Shown here one piece after another: positions 11,487 to 21,621 of a stretch of 64,000 nucleotides of DNA. The stretch's first letter is position 1. Every line of letters begins with the position of its first letter. The notes beneath the pieces were generated by a model, which saw only the letters and a list, made by a program, of their open reading frames with translations, did no database searches and was not told where the DNA came from. The stretch is taken from assembly GCA_963737265.1 (NCBI GenBank), contig CAVTRY010000007.1:256001-320000 (forward strand), given 5' to 3'. This DNA is from an uncultured delta proteobacterium (GTDB lineage Bacteria; Myxococcota_A; Polyangia; Fen-1088). A program made the translations under genes and the position numbers.

Positions 11487-12766
11487 CGATAGCGCATAGA
11501 GGATACGGAGCCTGAGCCCCAGCTGGCCTTGTACAGCGTTGCGTTCGAATGCTTTGTTCCATCCGGATCATCAGCCGGATTGATCGATGAGTTGATGATG
11601 GGAACGTAGTCATCGATCGGGACGTACAAGCCGAAGAGCTCCAGTTTGGTGTCGTCCGTCCGGAAATTACAACGTTCGAGGACGATGCTCGCGCCGGCGT
11701 AGAGTACTGTCTTCTCCATCGCCGGCATTCCCATGAACGAGTTGATCTTCACCGTCGCGCCCATGCTCGCCCCTGCGGTGATCTTGAGGTTGGTCTCGCC
11801 CAACGCAAGTGGCTTGGCGTCGATATTGAAGGTGAGGTTTGGGTCGAAGCTAAGACTGATCGCCTTGCTCTGATCGGTCTTCGCGCTCGGGCTGCCGTTG
11901 CCCGGCTGGTCCGCCACGGGAAACTGCGGATTCTGCGTGGTGAACTTGCACCACGGATGGTCCACGCCCGCATCCGCTTGGCCCGGAGTTGGATCTTGTT
12001 CAAACGTCGTCGACGGGCTCGCGTTGGGTACTTTGCCACCCGGGAACAGTGTCCCCGGATCAAAAGCTGGCGGATCCCACCGAGTATCCGGATCCACTCC
12101 GGCGTCTTGCTCGGTGCCCGGATTGCAGATGTTGATCTCGTCGCACGGGTTGTTGTCTCCGGGGAGTACTAGTCCTGAACAGTCAACAGAAACGCACCAG
12201 GCGTGTTCAGCGCAGCGTGCGTCGGTTCCTGGCTGCAGCGTCGCTGGGCACGTGGCGACGTCCATGATCTCGCGACACAAGTAAGAGGCGCCAAATTGCG
12301 ACTGGCATTCCTGGTCGCTGGTACATTCGCGCGTCGTTCCTCTGTCAAGTGGAATTTGACGCTTGTCCGCGTACGTACATCCTTCGCCGTTCTTTCCGGT
12401 TCCTATGGCAAGGCTCCCCGCGTCGGGCTGCGGAGGACATCCAGACGTGGGTGGGTTCGCAGTCGCACCGATTCCCGCATCGGGGTGTGCTATCAGCCAC
12501 TTCAGCTCGTCTTGGGCGGCAAAGATCGCGGCATCCGTTGCAGGATTCCCAACAGGCGTCGGCAGTTGGGATGCGACCTGGTCCTCCGGTTTGCAATTGG
12601 GCATCGGGGGCGCGTTCTGTGGAACTGCGGGGTCATTGAGAGGCTGGGAACTCGCAACCCAGATACAAGGTGAGAAGCCCGCTGATAGCACCAGCCAGAA
12701 CTGCATGCGGCCTACGGGCTCCGAAGATATTTCGCATGCGCGTCCCCTTCCTATGGCACGGCGCAT
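11483..12766 (-). pseudogene. Fragment of a large secreted Cys/Pro-rich protein
   Basis: PDAG motifs and ECTSDQEC Cys module; both termini look non-native. Confidence 0.45.
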
Positions 12767-13014
12767 TTGTATTACGACTCCCTGAGCCAGGTAAACCCGG
12801 TATTTAGATACTTCTTTGAAAGAATTTTCTATTCAGCTGAAACATATTGATTTCGCACGAGAAAAGTCCCCAGTCGTCGGCAGGGATTGAGATCGCGAGC
12901 GGAGGCACTCAGTCCCAGCCTGCAGGGCCACAAGCTTCGTGCGCTTCGGTCGTGGTCTAGCTTGAACGAGCAGCGCTGCTTGTATTTCGCGGGGGACTCG
13001 CTAGGGTGGAAATC

Positions 13015-14259
13015 ATGAGCACGCTGATTTCCGCCGCCATGGCTGCCGCGTGTGCTGCCCTGTTTGCCGGTGGGTGCGCCACCACCGGCTTCAAGGCCCC
13101 GACCTTCAACGCCTCGACCGTAGACGGCGCGGTCAAGGCCAGCAATGCCTTCGGCTTTGCTCTCTACCGCCAGGCCCGGAAAGGCCAGGACAACTTCGTG
13201 TGCTCGCCGGCCGGGGCTGCCATCGCCCTGACCATGGTCGCTGCCGGCGCTCGCGGCGAAACCCAGGCCGAGATGTTGCACACCCTGCACATCGATCCCG
13301 CGAACCCCGACCAGACTTACGGATCGTTTGCTACCATCCTGGCGGCGCTTAAATCGCGCGATGGAGACGACGACCTAGTGATGAACGTGGCCGATCGCGT
13401 GTGGGTACAGAAAGACCTCAAGCTCTGGCCCGACTACGTTTCGCTGCTTCGCGACGGTTTTCGCGCACCGCTGGCCGAGGTGGACTTCAAGACGGACAGC
13501 GAAGCTGCGTTGTCGGCCATCAACCAATGGGCCTCGGACGAGACCCACGGCCGCATTCCGCAAATCCTCGCAGGACTAAACGATGCGGTCCGTATGGTCC
13601 TGGCCAACGCCGTCTATATGATGGGTGCGTGGCAGCAGCCGTTCGAGGAAAACGATACCCGCAACAGCAAGTTCGCCACAGTGAACAAAGAGTCCACGGT
13701 CAGGATGATGAGGCAGGTCTCAACCTTCCGGTTCGCAGAAGTGCACGGCGCGAAGCTGATCGAGCTGCCCTACAAGGGCGGACTATCGATGATTGTGGTG
13801 CTCCCGAAAGACGTCGACGACTTGGCCAAGATCGAGGAGCGACTTAGCGACTCCTATCCCGATTGGATCGGAGCATTGAAATACAGAGAGGTCGATCTGG
13901 AGTTGCCCCGTTTCACCGTAACGACGGAGCTGCCGCTAATACCCATGCTTACAGCGATGGGGATTCGGCGGGCCTTCGACCCAGATCGCGCGGACTTTTC
14001 GGGGATGGCCGTACCCGAGGTTACTCTCTTCGTCGGGAATGCGATCCAGAAGGCCTGGATTGAGACGAACGAGATGGGGACGGAGGCCTCGGCGGTGACT
14101 GTGGTCGAGGTGCATGCCGTGCTGATCCGTGCCATCGACAGACCGCCGCCTCCGCCACCGGTCATCTTCCATGCGGACCATCCGTTTTTGTACCTGATCC
14201 GCGATATGAAGAGCGGCGCAATTCTGTTTCTTGGACGCATGGTGAAGCCGGCGCAGTGA
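13015..14259 (+). CDS. Serpin family lipoprotein
   Basis: NFVCSP, INQWASDETHGRI, LANAVY, hinge NEMGTEASAVT, FHADHPFLYLIRD; AGGC lipobox. Confidence 0.95.
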   Translation: MSTLISAAMAAACAALFAGGCATTGFKAPTFNASTVDGAVKASNAFGFALYRQARKGQDNFVCSPAGAAIALTMVAAGARGETQAEMLHTLHIDPANPDQTYGSFATILAALKSRDGDDDLVMNVADRVWVQKDLKLWPDYVSLLRDGFRAPLAEVDFKTDSEAALSAINQWASDETHGRIPQILAGLNDAVRMVLANAVYMMGAWQQPFEENDTRNSKFATVNKESTVRMMRQVSTFRFAEVHGAKLIELPYKGGLSMIVVLPKDVDDLAKIEERLSDSYPDWIGALKYREVDLELPRFTVTTELPLIPMLTAMGIRRAFDPDRADFSGMAVPEVTLFVGNAIQKAWIETNEMGTEASAVTVVEVHAVLIRAIDRPPPPPPVIFHADHPFLYLIRDMKSGAILFLGRMVKPAQ

Positions 14260-14360
14260 GCGCGCGGTGGTCAGGCAAGCGGGCCGCATATCGGATCTCG
14301 TGTGCTTCTTGTTTGCCGAGGCACTGCGAAGCTGCGAGTATGGCGGTTCTGAGGAAGAAC

Positions 14361-15571
14361 ATGCGCCACACCATCACTGCCATCCCGTTTGCTGTCTCGC
14401 GATTGTCCATCTGGGTGCCTGCCACAGCTCGAGTCCGCCGAGCTCGGGCGAAAGTGGGGCCGGCGGCAGCGCTACCGGGACGGGCGGCGCAGTTGGAGGA
14501 ACCGCAGGCGGCGGAGGAACCTCCAGCCAGGGCGGTGCCCCAGCCATGGGCGGCTCGTCAGCAAGCACGGTTGCGGCGGGCACCTGCGATGTCCCAGCCG
14601 AGGCCGGACCCGAGCCGACGACCGGCGCGACCGTGGTCGGCGACGGCACGCCTGCGAGCTGCACGGCGGCGGCATTCGAGACTGCCGTGCAAAAGGGCGG
14701 CCCCGTCACGTTCAACTGCGGCCCCGATCAGGCCACCATCACGCTCGACCATCAAATCGAGCTCCTGAACAACGCCGGGCCCGGCGCTCTTGGCCACAGG
14801 GTCATCGACGGAGGAAGCAAGGTGACGCTAAGCGGTGGCGACATCACCAGGCTCTTCTACCAGGACGCCTGCGATCCGAGCCTCGGACAGGTTGCCGGCG
14901 ATTGTACCAACTCGCCCAATCCCTCGTTGGTCATTCAGAATTTGGCCCTCGCCAATGCCTATGGGCCCTCTGCCTATTCGTCCTCCTCCGACGGGCTTGG
15001 CGGAGGAGCAATCTACTTGCGCGGCGGCAGTCTCAAGGTCTTTTTTAGTTCATTTTGCAACAACGTGACCGATCAGTCTGGATACCAGTATGCCGGGGGG
15101 GCATCTACGCAGAACACGCGTATGGGCGGGTCTACATCGTCAACAGCCTCTTCGGTGGAAGCCCTGGCTGCGCCAACCGATCGGCCAGTGGCGGCGCCCT
15201 GGGCGGAAGCTCAACATCCTTTACGATTCTCAACAGCCAGTTGACCTACGGTGGCGCAAACAGCTTTGGCGGAATCCCGCCGGCGCCGAACACACCTGGG
15301 GGCGGCTGCGGCGGCGCCATCTTCGCTCATGGCAACGGTATCAACCTGACCATCTGTGGCTCGAACGATTTCGAACAACGAAGCCGTGGCGGTTGGGGGT
15401 GCGGTCTACTATTCCGCCGACGATCTGCTTGGCAGCGTCCAGATCGACCGTTCGGTGTTTGCGGGGAATAGTCCGGACAGCAACCTGCCCTCGCCGGGCC
15501 GTGCAGAGAAGGGCGTCTTCTTGCAGACCGCCACGGCCAACATAACCATCACCAACACGACATTCAACTGA
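14361..15571 (+). pseudogene. Lipoprotein with GGAI beta-helix (Pmp-like) repeats, three frameshifts
   Basis: RBS GAGGAAG before the ATG; frames join at about 14386, 15100 (G7 run) and 15365; GGAIY, GGAIF and GGAVY motifs. Confidence 0.75.
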
Positions 15572-15817
15572 CCGAAGCAGGGGTGGAAGGTGCCACGCCG
15601 CGCGGAAAAATTGGGGGCGTCATTGGCATAAAGCAAAGGCTTTGGTCTTGTTGAAGCGATTCATCCCTGAATCTTAAAGAGATCCGGACGGCGTTGCACC
15701 TCATCGAGAACCACCAAGCAACGGCGACCTCACCGCCGCGTTGCGCGGGTGTGCCTTCCACCACCCCTCCCTAGGAAGGCGCGGGCACCCCACGGCGCTG
15801 GTGCTATAAAAAGCTCG

Positions 15818-17173
15818 ATGTCCCTGCCCACGGTTTACGTCGAAACCTACGGCTGCCAGATGAATGTAGCCGACACCGAGATGGTGCTGCGCCTGCTCGA
15901 ACAGGGTGGCTACGCGCGCACGCTGGATCCGGCCGGCGCCGACGTAATCCTCATCAACACCTGCGCCGTGCGCGAACGCGCGGTGGAGCGCGTGCGGGGT
16001 CGGGCCAGCATGCTGGCCCAGTACAAGTCGCACGACAAGCGCGTGGTCCTTGGCATCACCGGCTGCATGGCCGAGCACCTGCGTGGCGAGCTGCGCGAAC
16101 AAGCGCCCTACGTCGATCTGGTGGTCGGGCCGGACAGTTACCGGCGCCTGCTCGACCACATCGAACGAGCACGAGCGGGCGAGTTCGTGCAGGACACTGG
16201 GCTCGATCCCTTCGAAACCTACGCAGGACTGAATCCCACGGCCACCATCACGAGCGGCACCAGCATGACCGGTGGTGTGACGGGAAACGTGCCGATTCAG
16301 CGTGGCTGCGATCGCTTCTGCACCTTTTGCGTGGTTCCCTTCACGCGCGGCCGCGAGCGAGGGACGCCGCCCGACGAGGTGGTGCGCCAGGTGCGGGTGT
16401 TGGCGGAGAACGGGTTTCGCGAAGTCCAACTACTCGGCCAGACCGTCAATTCGTACCGCTTCGGCGACGTAAGCTTTGCCGACCTTCTGCGCCGTGTGGC
16501 CGAGGTCGACGGCATCGATCGCATCCGCTTCACCTCGCCCTACCCGCTCGACTTTTCGGCGGACGTCATCGCCGCCATGGTCGAGCTACCGAAGGTCTGC
16601 AAGCACGTGCACCTTCCCTTGCAGTCCGCCTCGGATTCGGTGCTGGAGCGCATGCGCCGCGGCTACAGCTTCACCGAGTACGCGACGCTGGTGGAGGCCC
16701 TGCGCACGGCGATGCCCGACGGTGCGATTACCACCGATCTCCTGGTCGGTTTCTGCGGCGAGACCGACGCGGAATTCGAGCAGACGTTTCGCGCCGTGAC
16801 CGACATTCGCTTCGACAATGCCTTCACCTTTGCCTATTCCGAACGCAAGGGAACGCTGGCGGCGCGCAAGATTCCCGACGACGTTCCGGCCGAGGTCAAA
16901 CAGCGGCGCCTGGCACGTGTCATCGAAGAGCAGCGACGAATCACCGCGGAGATCTACGCCGCCGAGGTCGGGCGGCGCGAACGCGTGCTGTGCGAGTCGC
17001 CCTCGCGCCGGACGCCTACCGAGCTGCTCGGCCGCACCGAAACCTACCGACCGGTCATCGTGACGCCTGGCCAAGGCGTCGCCGTCGGCGATTTGCTCGA
17101 TGTTCTCATCGATAGGGCCGGCCCGGGAACGCTCTACGGCCGGCCGCTTGCGGGAGTTTCCGGCCGTGAGTGA
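15818..17173 (+). CDS. miaB: tRNA-2-methylthio-N6-dimethylallyladenosine synthase
   Basis: ETYGCQMN, NTCAVRE, radical SAM motif CDRFCTFC, C-terminal TRAM domain. Confidence 0.95.
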   Translation: MSLPTVYVETYGCQMNVADTEMVLRLLEQGGYARTLDPAGADVILINTCAVRERAVERVRGRASMLAQYKSHDKRVVLGITGCMAEHLRGELREQAPYVDLVVGPDSYRRLLDHIERARAGEFVQDTGLDPFETYAGLNPTATITSGTSMTGGVTGNVPIQRGCDRFCTFCVVPFTRGRERGTPPDEVVRQVRVLAENGFREVQLLGQTVNSYRFGDVSFADLLRRVAEVDGIDRIRFTSPYPLDFSADVIAAMVELPKVCKHVHLPLQSASDSVLERMRRGYSFTEYATLVEALRTAMPDGAITTDLLVGFCGETDAEFEQTFRAVTDIRFDNAFTFAYSERKGTLAARKIPDDVPAEVKQRRLARVIEEQRRITAEIYAAEVGRRERVLCESPSRRTPTELLGRTETYRPVIVTPGQGVAVGDLLDVLIDRAGPGTLYGRPLAGVSGRE

Positions 17174-17678
17174 GCGCAAACGCGAGGGCAAGCCGGTCGC
17201 CATCAGCTTCGTGTGCATGGGCAACATCTGTCGGTCGCCGACCGCCGAAGCGGTCATGCGAAGTCTGGTGCGCGAGGCCGGTCTCGGCCACGCCATCGCC
17301 ATCGACAGCGCGGGAACGGGCGCGTGGCACATCGGCGAGGAACGCGACTCGCGCAGCCGGGCCGTGGCCAAACAACGAGGAATGCCGATCACCGGGGTCG
17401 CGCGCCAGTTCGTGCGCACTGACTTCGATCGCTTCCACCTTGTGCTGGCGCTCGACGAAGACAACCAGCGCGACCTGCAGCGCCTTGCCCCGAGCGACGA
17501 GGCGCGGGCGAAGATCCATCTTCTGCGCGAGTTCGATCCCGACGCTCCGCCCGGCGCCGAGGTACCCGATCCTTACTACGGTGGTCCGGACGGTTTCGAG
17601 CAGGTCTTCGACATTTGCGTTTCGGCCTGCCGCGGGCTTTTGCAGCACCTGCGACGCGTGCATCAACTCGACCCATGA
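17166..17678 (+). CDS. Low-molecular-weight protein tyrosine phosphatase
   Basis: VCMGNICRSP and DPYYG motifs. Confidence 0.95.
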   Translation: MSERKREGKPVAISFVCMGNICRSPTAEAVMRSLVREAGLGHAIAIDSAGTGAWHIGEERDSRSRAVAKQRGMPITGVARQFVRTDFDRFHLVLALDEDNQRDLQRLAPSDEARAKIHLLREFDPDAPPGAEVPDPYYGGPDGFEQVFDICVSACRGLLQHLRRVHQLDP

Positions 17679-18439
17679 GCCGCGAGCCCTTCGTTCCGTC
17701 CATCGAGCGCGCGCTCGGCAGCAGGATCGTCGCCATGGACGCCGTCACGGGCGGCGACATCAACCGGGCGCACGAGGTCCGACTGGCGGACGGACGCGTG
17801 GTCTTCGTGAAAAGCAACGCCCAGGCACCGGCCACCATGTTCGAGGTCGAGGCACGTGGGCTGGCGTGGCTGGGGCATGCGCAAGCGCTGCGCGTGCCGG
17901 CGGTGATCGCGCAGGGCGAGGATTTCCTTGTCTTGGAATTCATTCGCCCCGGACATCGCCAGCCTGATTTCGACAAGAACCTGGGACACGGTTTGGCGAC
18001 GCTGCATCGTGCGGGCGCGCCCGGCTTCGGCCTCGACCACGACAACTTCATCGGTCGCCTTGCCCAGGCCAACGCCCCGCTTCCGACGTGGGCCGAGTTC
18101 TATCGCGAGCGGCGGCTGCTACCGCAACTTCGCCTCGCGCTCGACGGCCATCTGGCGAGCCCGGCCATGCGGCGAGGATTCGACCGCTTGCTTGCCGGCC
18201 TGGAGGAGCTGGTCGGACCGCCCGAGCCGCCGTCGCGCCTGCACGGCGACCTGTGGGGCGGCAACGCCATGGTCGACGAGCGCGGCCTGCCCTGTCTCAT
18301 CGATCCCGCCGCGTACGGCGGCCATCGCGAAGTCGATCTGGCCATGATGCGCCTGTTCGGCGGTTTTGGCGCTCGCGTATTCGCGGCGTATGAAGAAGCC
18401 TTTCCGCTCGCGCCCGGCCACGAAGAACGCGTGGCCCTC

Positions 18440-20221
18440 GGGTGGGTTGCACGGGCCCGGGTTCTGGTGGCGGCTGAAGGGCCCGTTTTCCGAGCGCGCT
18501 ACGGGACGTTGATTCGAGGGCGAGTTGGTGGGTGGCGCGCTCGGAAAACGGGCCCTGGCGTGGTTCCCAAAATGGAAGGAATTTGCGTAGGAAGGAGATT
18601 CATGGCGATGCCTTCAGCTATCCAAGAAGGAGGCACCGCCATGAGACGACCCAATGTCGCAGGATTGACTTTGCAGGCTCTGGAACCGCTCGTCCAGAAA
18701 TTGAACGAGCTCGAACAACAAGCGCTGCGCGGCGATGGCATGTCCGTGGCGACGCTGGGGGCTGCGCTGGCGACGACGTTGTCGACTGTGGGCCGAAGAG
18801 CCATGGAACTGGTCATCCAGCAGGCCGCGCGGGCTCATGGACCTGGACAAGTCTGCACCTGTGGAAAGCAAGCCAAATCCAGAGGATTTGAGAGAACGAC
18901 GTTCGTGGCGAGATTCGGTCGGGTGGAAGCCGATCGTCGACGCAACGAGTGTGTTTGCGGCCGCAGCTGGTTTGCCTTTGACGAGGCTTGGGGCCTTCCT
19001 GCGGGCGAATACGCCGACGATGTGCGCGAGGCGACCGAAAGGCTGGCCTGCCGGATGGGCAGCTTCGACGAGGCCGTCGAGGAACTCCGTTACCTGTGGG
19101 CCGTGGCTCCCGACGGGAGCACCGCCAAGCGATGGGTGACCGAAGATGGAACGCGTGCCGCCCAGGCCGCCCAGGCCGATGCCGAAGCCCATTGGAGCAA
19201 GTACGACCAACAGGTGCACGCCCAGGCTCGCGGTGACCTGTGTGCGCCCAAGCGTACAGAGGGCTTCGGCGTGATCGAGGTTGACGGTGTTCACGTCCTG
19301 ACCTGGAAACCAGGACAAGAGCCACGGCGCAAAGCGACCGACGAGGCGAAGGCGCCGTCTGCGGTCCCGAACGCCACACAGTCGGCAGCGGTCAGCGAGA
19401 CCGGCGAACGTGCCCTTCGCCATCAGGCGCCGAGTACCCTGTCCGAGGTCGCTGGCTCGCCCATGGGGCCCACCGGGCGCTCACCACGGGTCGCCGGCCG
19501 CGAGGTGTGCATGGGACTGACCTACCTCGGGGAACACGCCTGCGAGGAGAGCCCCGGCCGAGGCGTCTTGCTGGACCGGCGCTACGTCGCAACACTCAAC
19601 GACCGAGACGGCTTTTGGCACAAGCTGCACGCCGCCGCCACGACCCAGGGCGTGCTGTCTCGCCAGAAGGTAGTCCGTGTCTCCGACGGTGGCGCTTACT
19701 TCATCGAGCACAGCGACGAGATCTTCTGCGACCAGCCGTTGCTTGGCATCCTCGACTGCCAGCACGCCAAGCAGCATGTCTGGGAGGCAGGTCACAAGGT
19801 CGTGCCGGACAAGAAAGCAGTGCCATCTTGGGTCTTGCCACGTACCGAGGCCATCATGGACGGCAAGGTCGACCAGGTGCTCTCGGGCCTCGCCCAAGAG
19901 CGGCAGCGCTCCACCGGCAGCCAAGCGGTCAAAGCCCTCGACGACTTGACCGGCTACCTGAGCCGCCACAAGCACATGATGGACTACCCCGCATACCACG
20001 CTGCCGGCTATCCGCTGGCCAGTGCCGCCATCGAAAGCACCAACAAGCGCCTCGTCGGCCGGCGCTGCAAGCAAGGCGGCATGCTCTGGAGCGAGGTCGG
20101 CCTTGAAGCCATGGTCGCGCTCAGGGTTGCCTTCTACAACCCGGGGGCCTGGCTCGCCCTCTGGCCTCACACCCAAGCCCAGGCCGCCCAGTCATGAAAC
20201 CCGGACCCGTGCAACCCACCC
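18440..20221 (+). mobile_element. Complete ISKra4/ISLre2-type (Mutator-like DDE) insertion sequence, 1782 bp
   Basis: 24-bp terminal inverted repeats GGGTGGGTTGCACGGG(C/T)CCGGGTT; 9-bp target duplication GTGGCCCTC at 18431-18439 and 20222-20230. Confidence 0.93.
18641..20197 (+). CDS. ISKra4/ISLre2-type transposase
   Basis: RBS AAGGAGG; EVDG, SDGG, LDCQHA and SAAIESTNKRLVGRRCKQGGMLWS motifs. Confidence 0.88.
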   Translation: MRRPNVAGLTLQALEPLVQKLNELEQQALRGDGMSVATLGAALATTLSTVGRRAMELVIQQAARAHGPGQVCTCGKQAKSRGFERTTFVARFGRVEADRRRNECVCGRSWFAFDEAWGLPAGEYADDVREATERLACRMGSFDEAVEELRYLWAVAPDGSTAKRWVTEDGTRAAQAAQADAEAHWSKYDQQVHAQARGDLCAPKRTEGFGVIEVDGVHVLTWKPGQEPRRKATDEAKAPSAVPNATQSAAVSETGERALRHQAPSTLSEVAGSPMGPTGRSPRVAGREVCMGLTYLGEHACEESPGRGVLLDRRYVATLNDRDGFWHKLHAAATTQGVLSRQKVVRVSDGGAYFIEHSDEIFCDQPLLGILDCQHAKQHVWEAGHKVVPDKKAVPSWVLPRTEAIMDGKVDQVLSGLAQERQRSTGSQAVKALDDLTGYLSRHKHMMDYPAYHAAGYPLASAAIESTNKRLVGRRCKQGGMLWSEVGLEAMVALRVAFYNPGAWLALWPHTQAQAAQS

Positions 20222-20346
20222 GTGGCCCTCTACCAGCTTTACTTCCTGATGGTCCACGTGAATCTCTTCGGCGGCTCCTACGTTGCTTCGGTCGAACAGG
20301 CCCTGGCCAGGGTGTGTTCCTGATCTGTAACCGGCATCGCCTTCTT

Positions 20347-21597
20347 TCAGGGCGTGGCGGAACGTCTTACCATCCTATCGACGTTGCGCATCTGCACGAG
20401 GGTGAGAAGCATGGCTCCGATGACGACCCAGCCCAGCACGTGGTAGTTCTCGATGCGCCCGGACGCGCTCTGGACCACGAGCAGGCCGGAAATCGACGAC
20501 GACACGGCGCCAGCAAACTGTTGCATGGATGAGCTGACCGACATGTACGCGCCGCGGTCGGGAAGCGCCGGCACGCCCGAGATGAGCGCCATGGTCGAGA
20601 CCTGCCGACCCGCGATGGTGGCGAACAGCGTGCAGTTTCCGACCATCGCGAGCCACAGGGGCACGCCGTCGAGTCCGGTCCACCACCACACCACCAACAT
20701 GCCCGCAAAAGAGGCGATGGCGAGCAGACGGAATTTGCCGATGCGGTCGGCGAGCCGACCTAAGAGAGGGCCTGCGGCCATGCCCACGATGCCGGAGGCC
20801 ATGTAAATCATCGGGAGATGATTGAGCGACACGCCCAGGTTGTGAACCACGAAGTTACTGGCGAAGGGCTGGAGCATAAAGCCGCCGGTGGCTACCAACA
20901 TGGTGGCCGCGAAGCCGACCAGATAGCGTCGGTTGGTAGCGGTATTGAACAGGTGACGCAGCGGATTCCGGCCTCGCCCAGCTTCCAGGTGGGCCGTGAT
21001 GGGCTTTAACTTCCAAACCAACACGATTCCCACCAACACGCCGACCGCCACGATCATGCGGAACGGTCCGTGCCATCCGAAATGACTGGCCAGAAACAGC
21101 CCAATGGGAATTCCCATCACTTGGCTCGCGGCGAAGGCGCTCTGAATGGTGCCCATCGCCCGGCCGCGCGCCTGCAGCGGAAACAGGTCGGCGACGATCG
21201 CAAAGCTGATCGAACCGATCACGCCACCAAACAGCCCGGTGACCACGCGCGCTCCGAGCAGAAACGGGTAATTGGGCGCGATCCCGCACAGAAACGTCCC
21301 GGCTAGGAATCCCGCGTAGAACATCAGGAGCAGTCGTTTTCGATCGAGCTTGTCGGCGAAGCCCGCCGCCAGGATTCCCGCGATGCCTGCGCTGAACGCG
21401 TAGGCGCTCACCACCAGGCCGAACTGGCGCGCGTTGATTGCGAGCTCGGGCATCAAGATGGGACCCATCGGCGAGAGGATCATGAAATCGAGAACGATGG
21501 TGAACTGCAGGAACGCCAAAAGAACCACCACCAGTTTCTGATAAGTCGAAAAGGTGGGCGGTGGCGGTTTTGCGCCAGGGGACGTGGACATCATCAA
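20347..21597 (-). CDS. MFS transporter
   Basis: About 12 TM segments; motif A ADKLDRK and GRLADRIGK. Confidence 0.92.
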   Translation of the reverse strand: MMMSTSPGAKPPPPTFSTYQKLVVVLLAFLQFTIVLDFMILSPMGPILMPELAINARQFGLVVSAYAFSAGIAGILAAGFADKLDRKRLLLMFYAGFLAGTFLCGIAPNYPFLLGARVVTGLFGGVIGSISFAIVADLFPLQARGRAMGTIQSAFAASQVMGIPIGLFLASHFGWHGPFRMIVAVGVLVGIVLVWKLKPITAHLEAGRGRNPLRHLFNTATNRRYLVGFAATMLVATGGFMLQPFASNFVVHNLGVSLNHLPMIYMASGIVGMAAGPLLGRLADRIGKFRLLAIASFAGMLVVWWWTGLDGVPLWLAMVGNCTLFATIAGRQVSTMALISGVPALPDRGAYMSVSSSMQQFAGAVSSSISGLLVVQSASGRIENYHVLGWVVIGAMLLTLVQMRNVDRMVRRSATP

Positions 21598-21621
21598 CCT
21601 CGTGTGGAGTGAACGGACTGC

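Larger units (their letters stand above)
17675..20323 (+). pseudogene. Fructosamine-3-kinase family gene split by an IS (5' part 17675-18439, 3' part 20222-20323)
   Basis: LHGDLWGGN, IDPAAYGGHREVDLAM; the native tail ALYQLYFLMVHVNLFGGSY resumes after the IS. Confidence 0.9.

Noticed and set aside
17615-20197. 860-aa ORF as an evolved kinase-nuclease protein
   Set aside because: Explained by an IS with terminal inverted repeats and a target duplication inserted in frame
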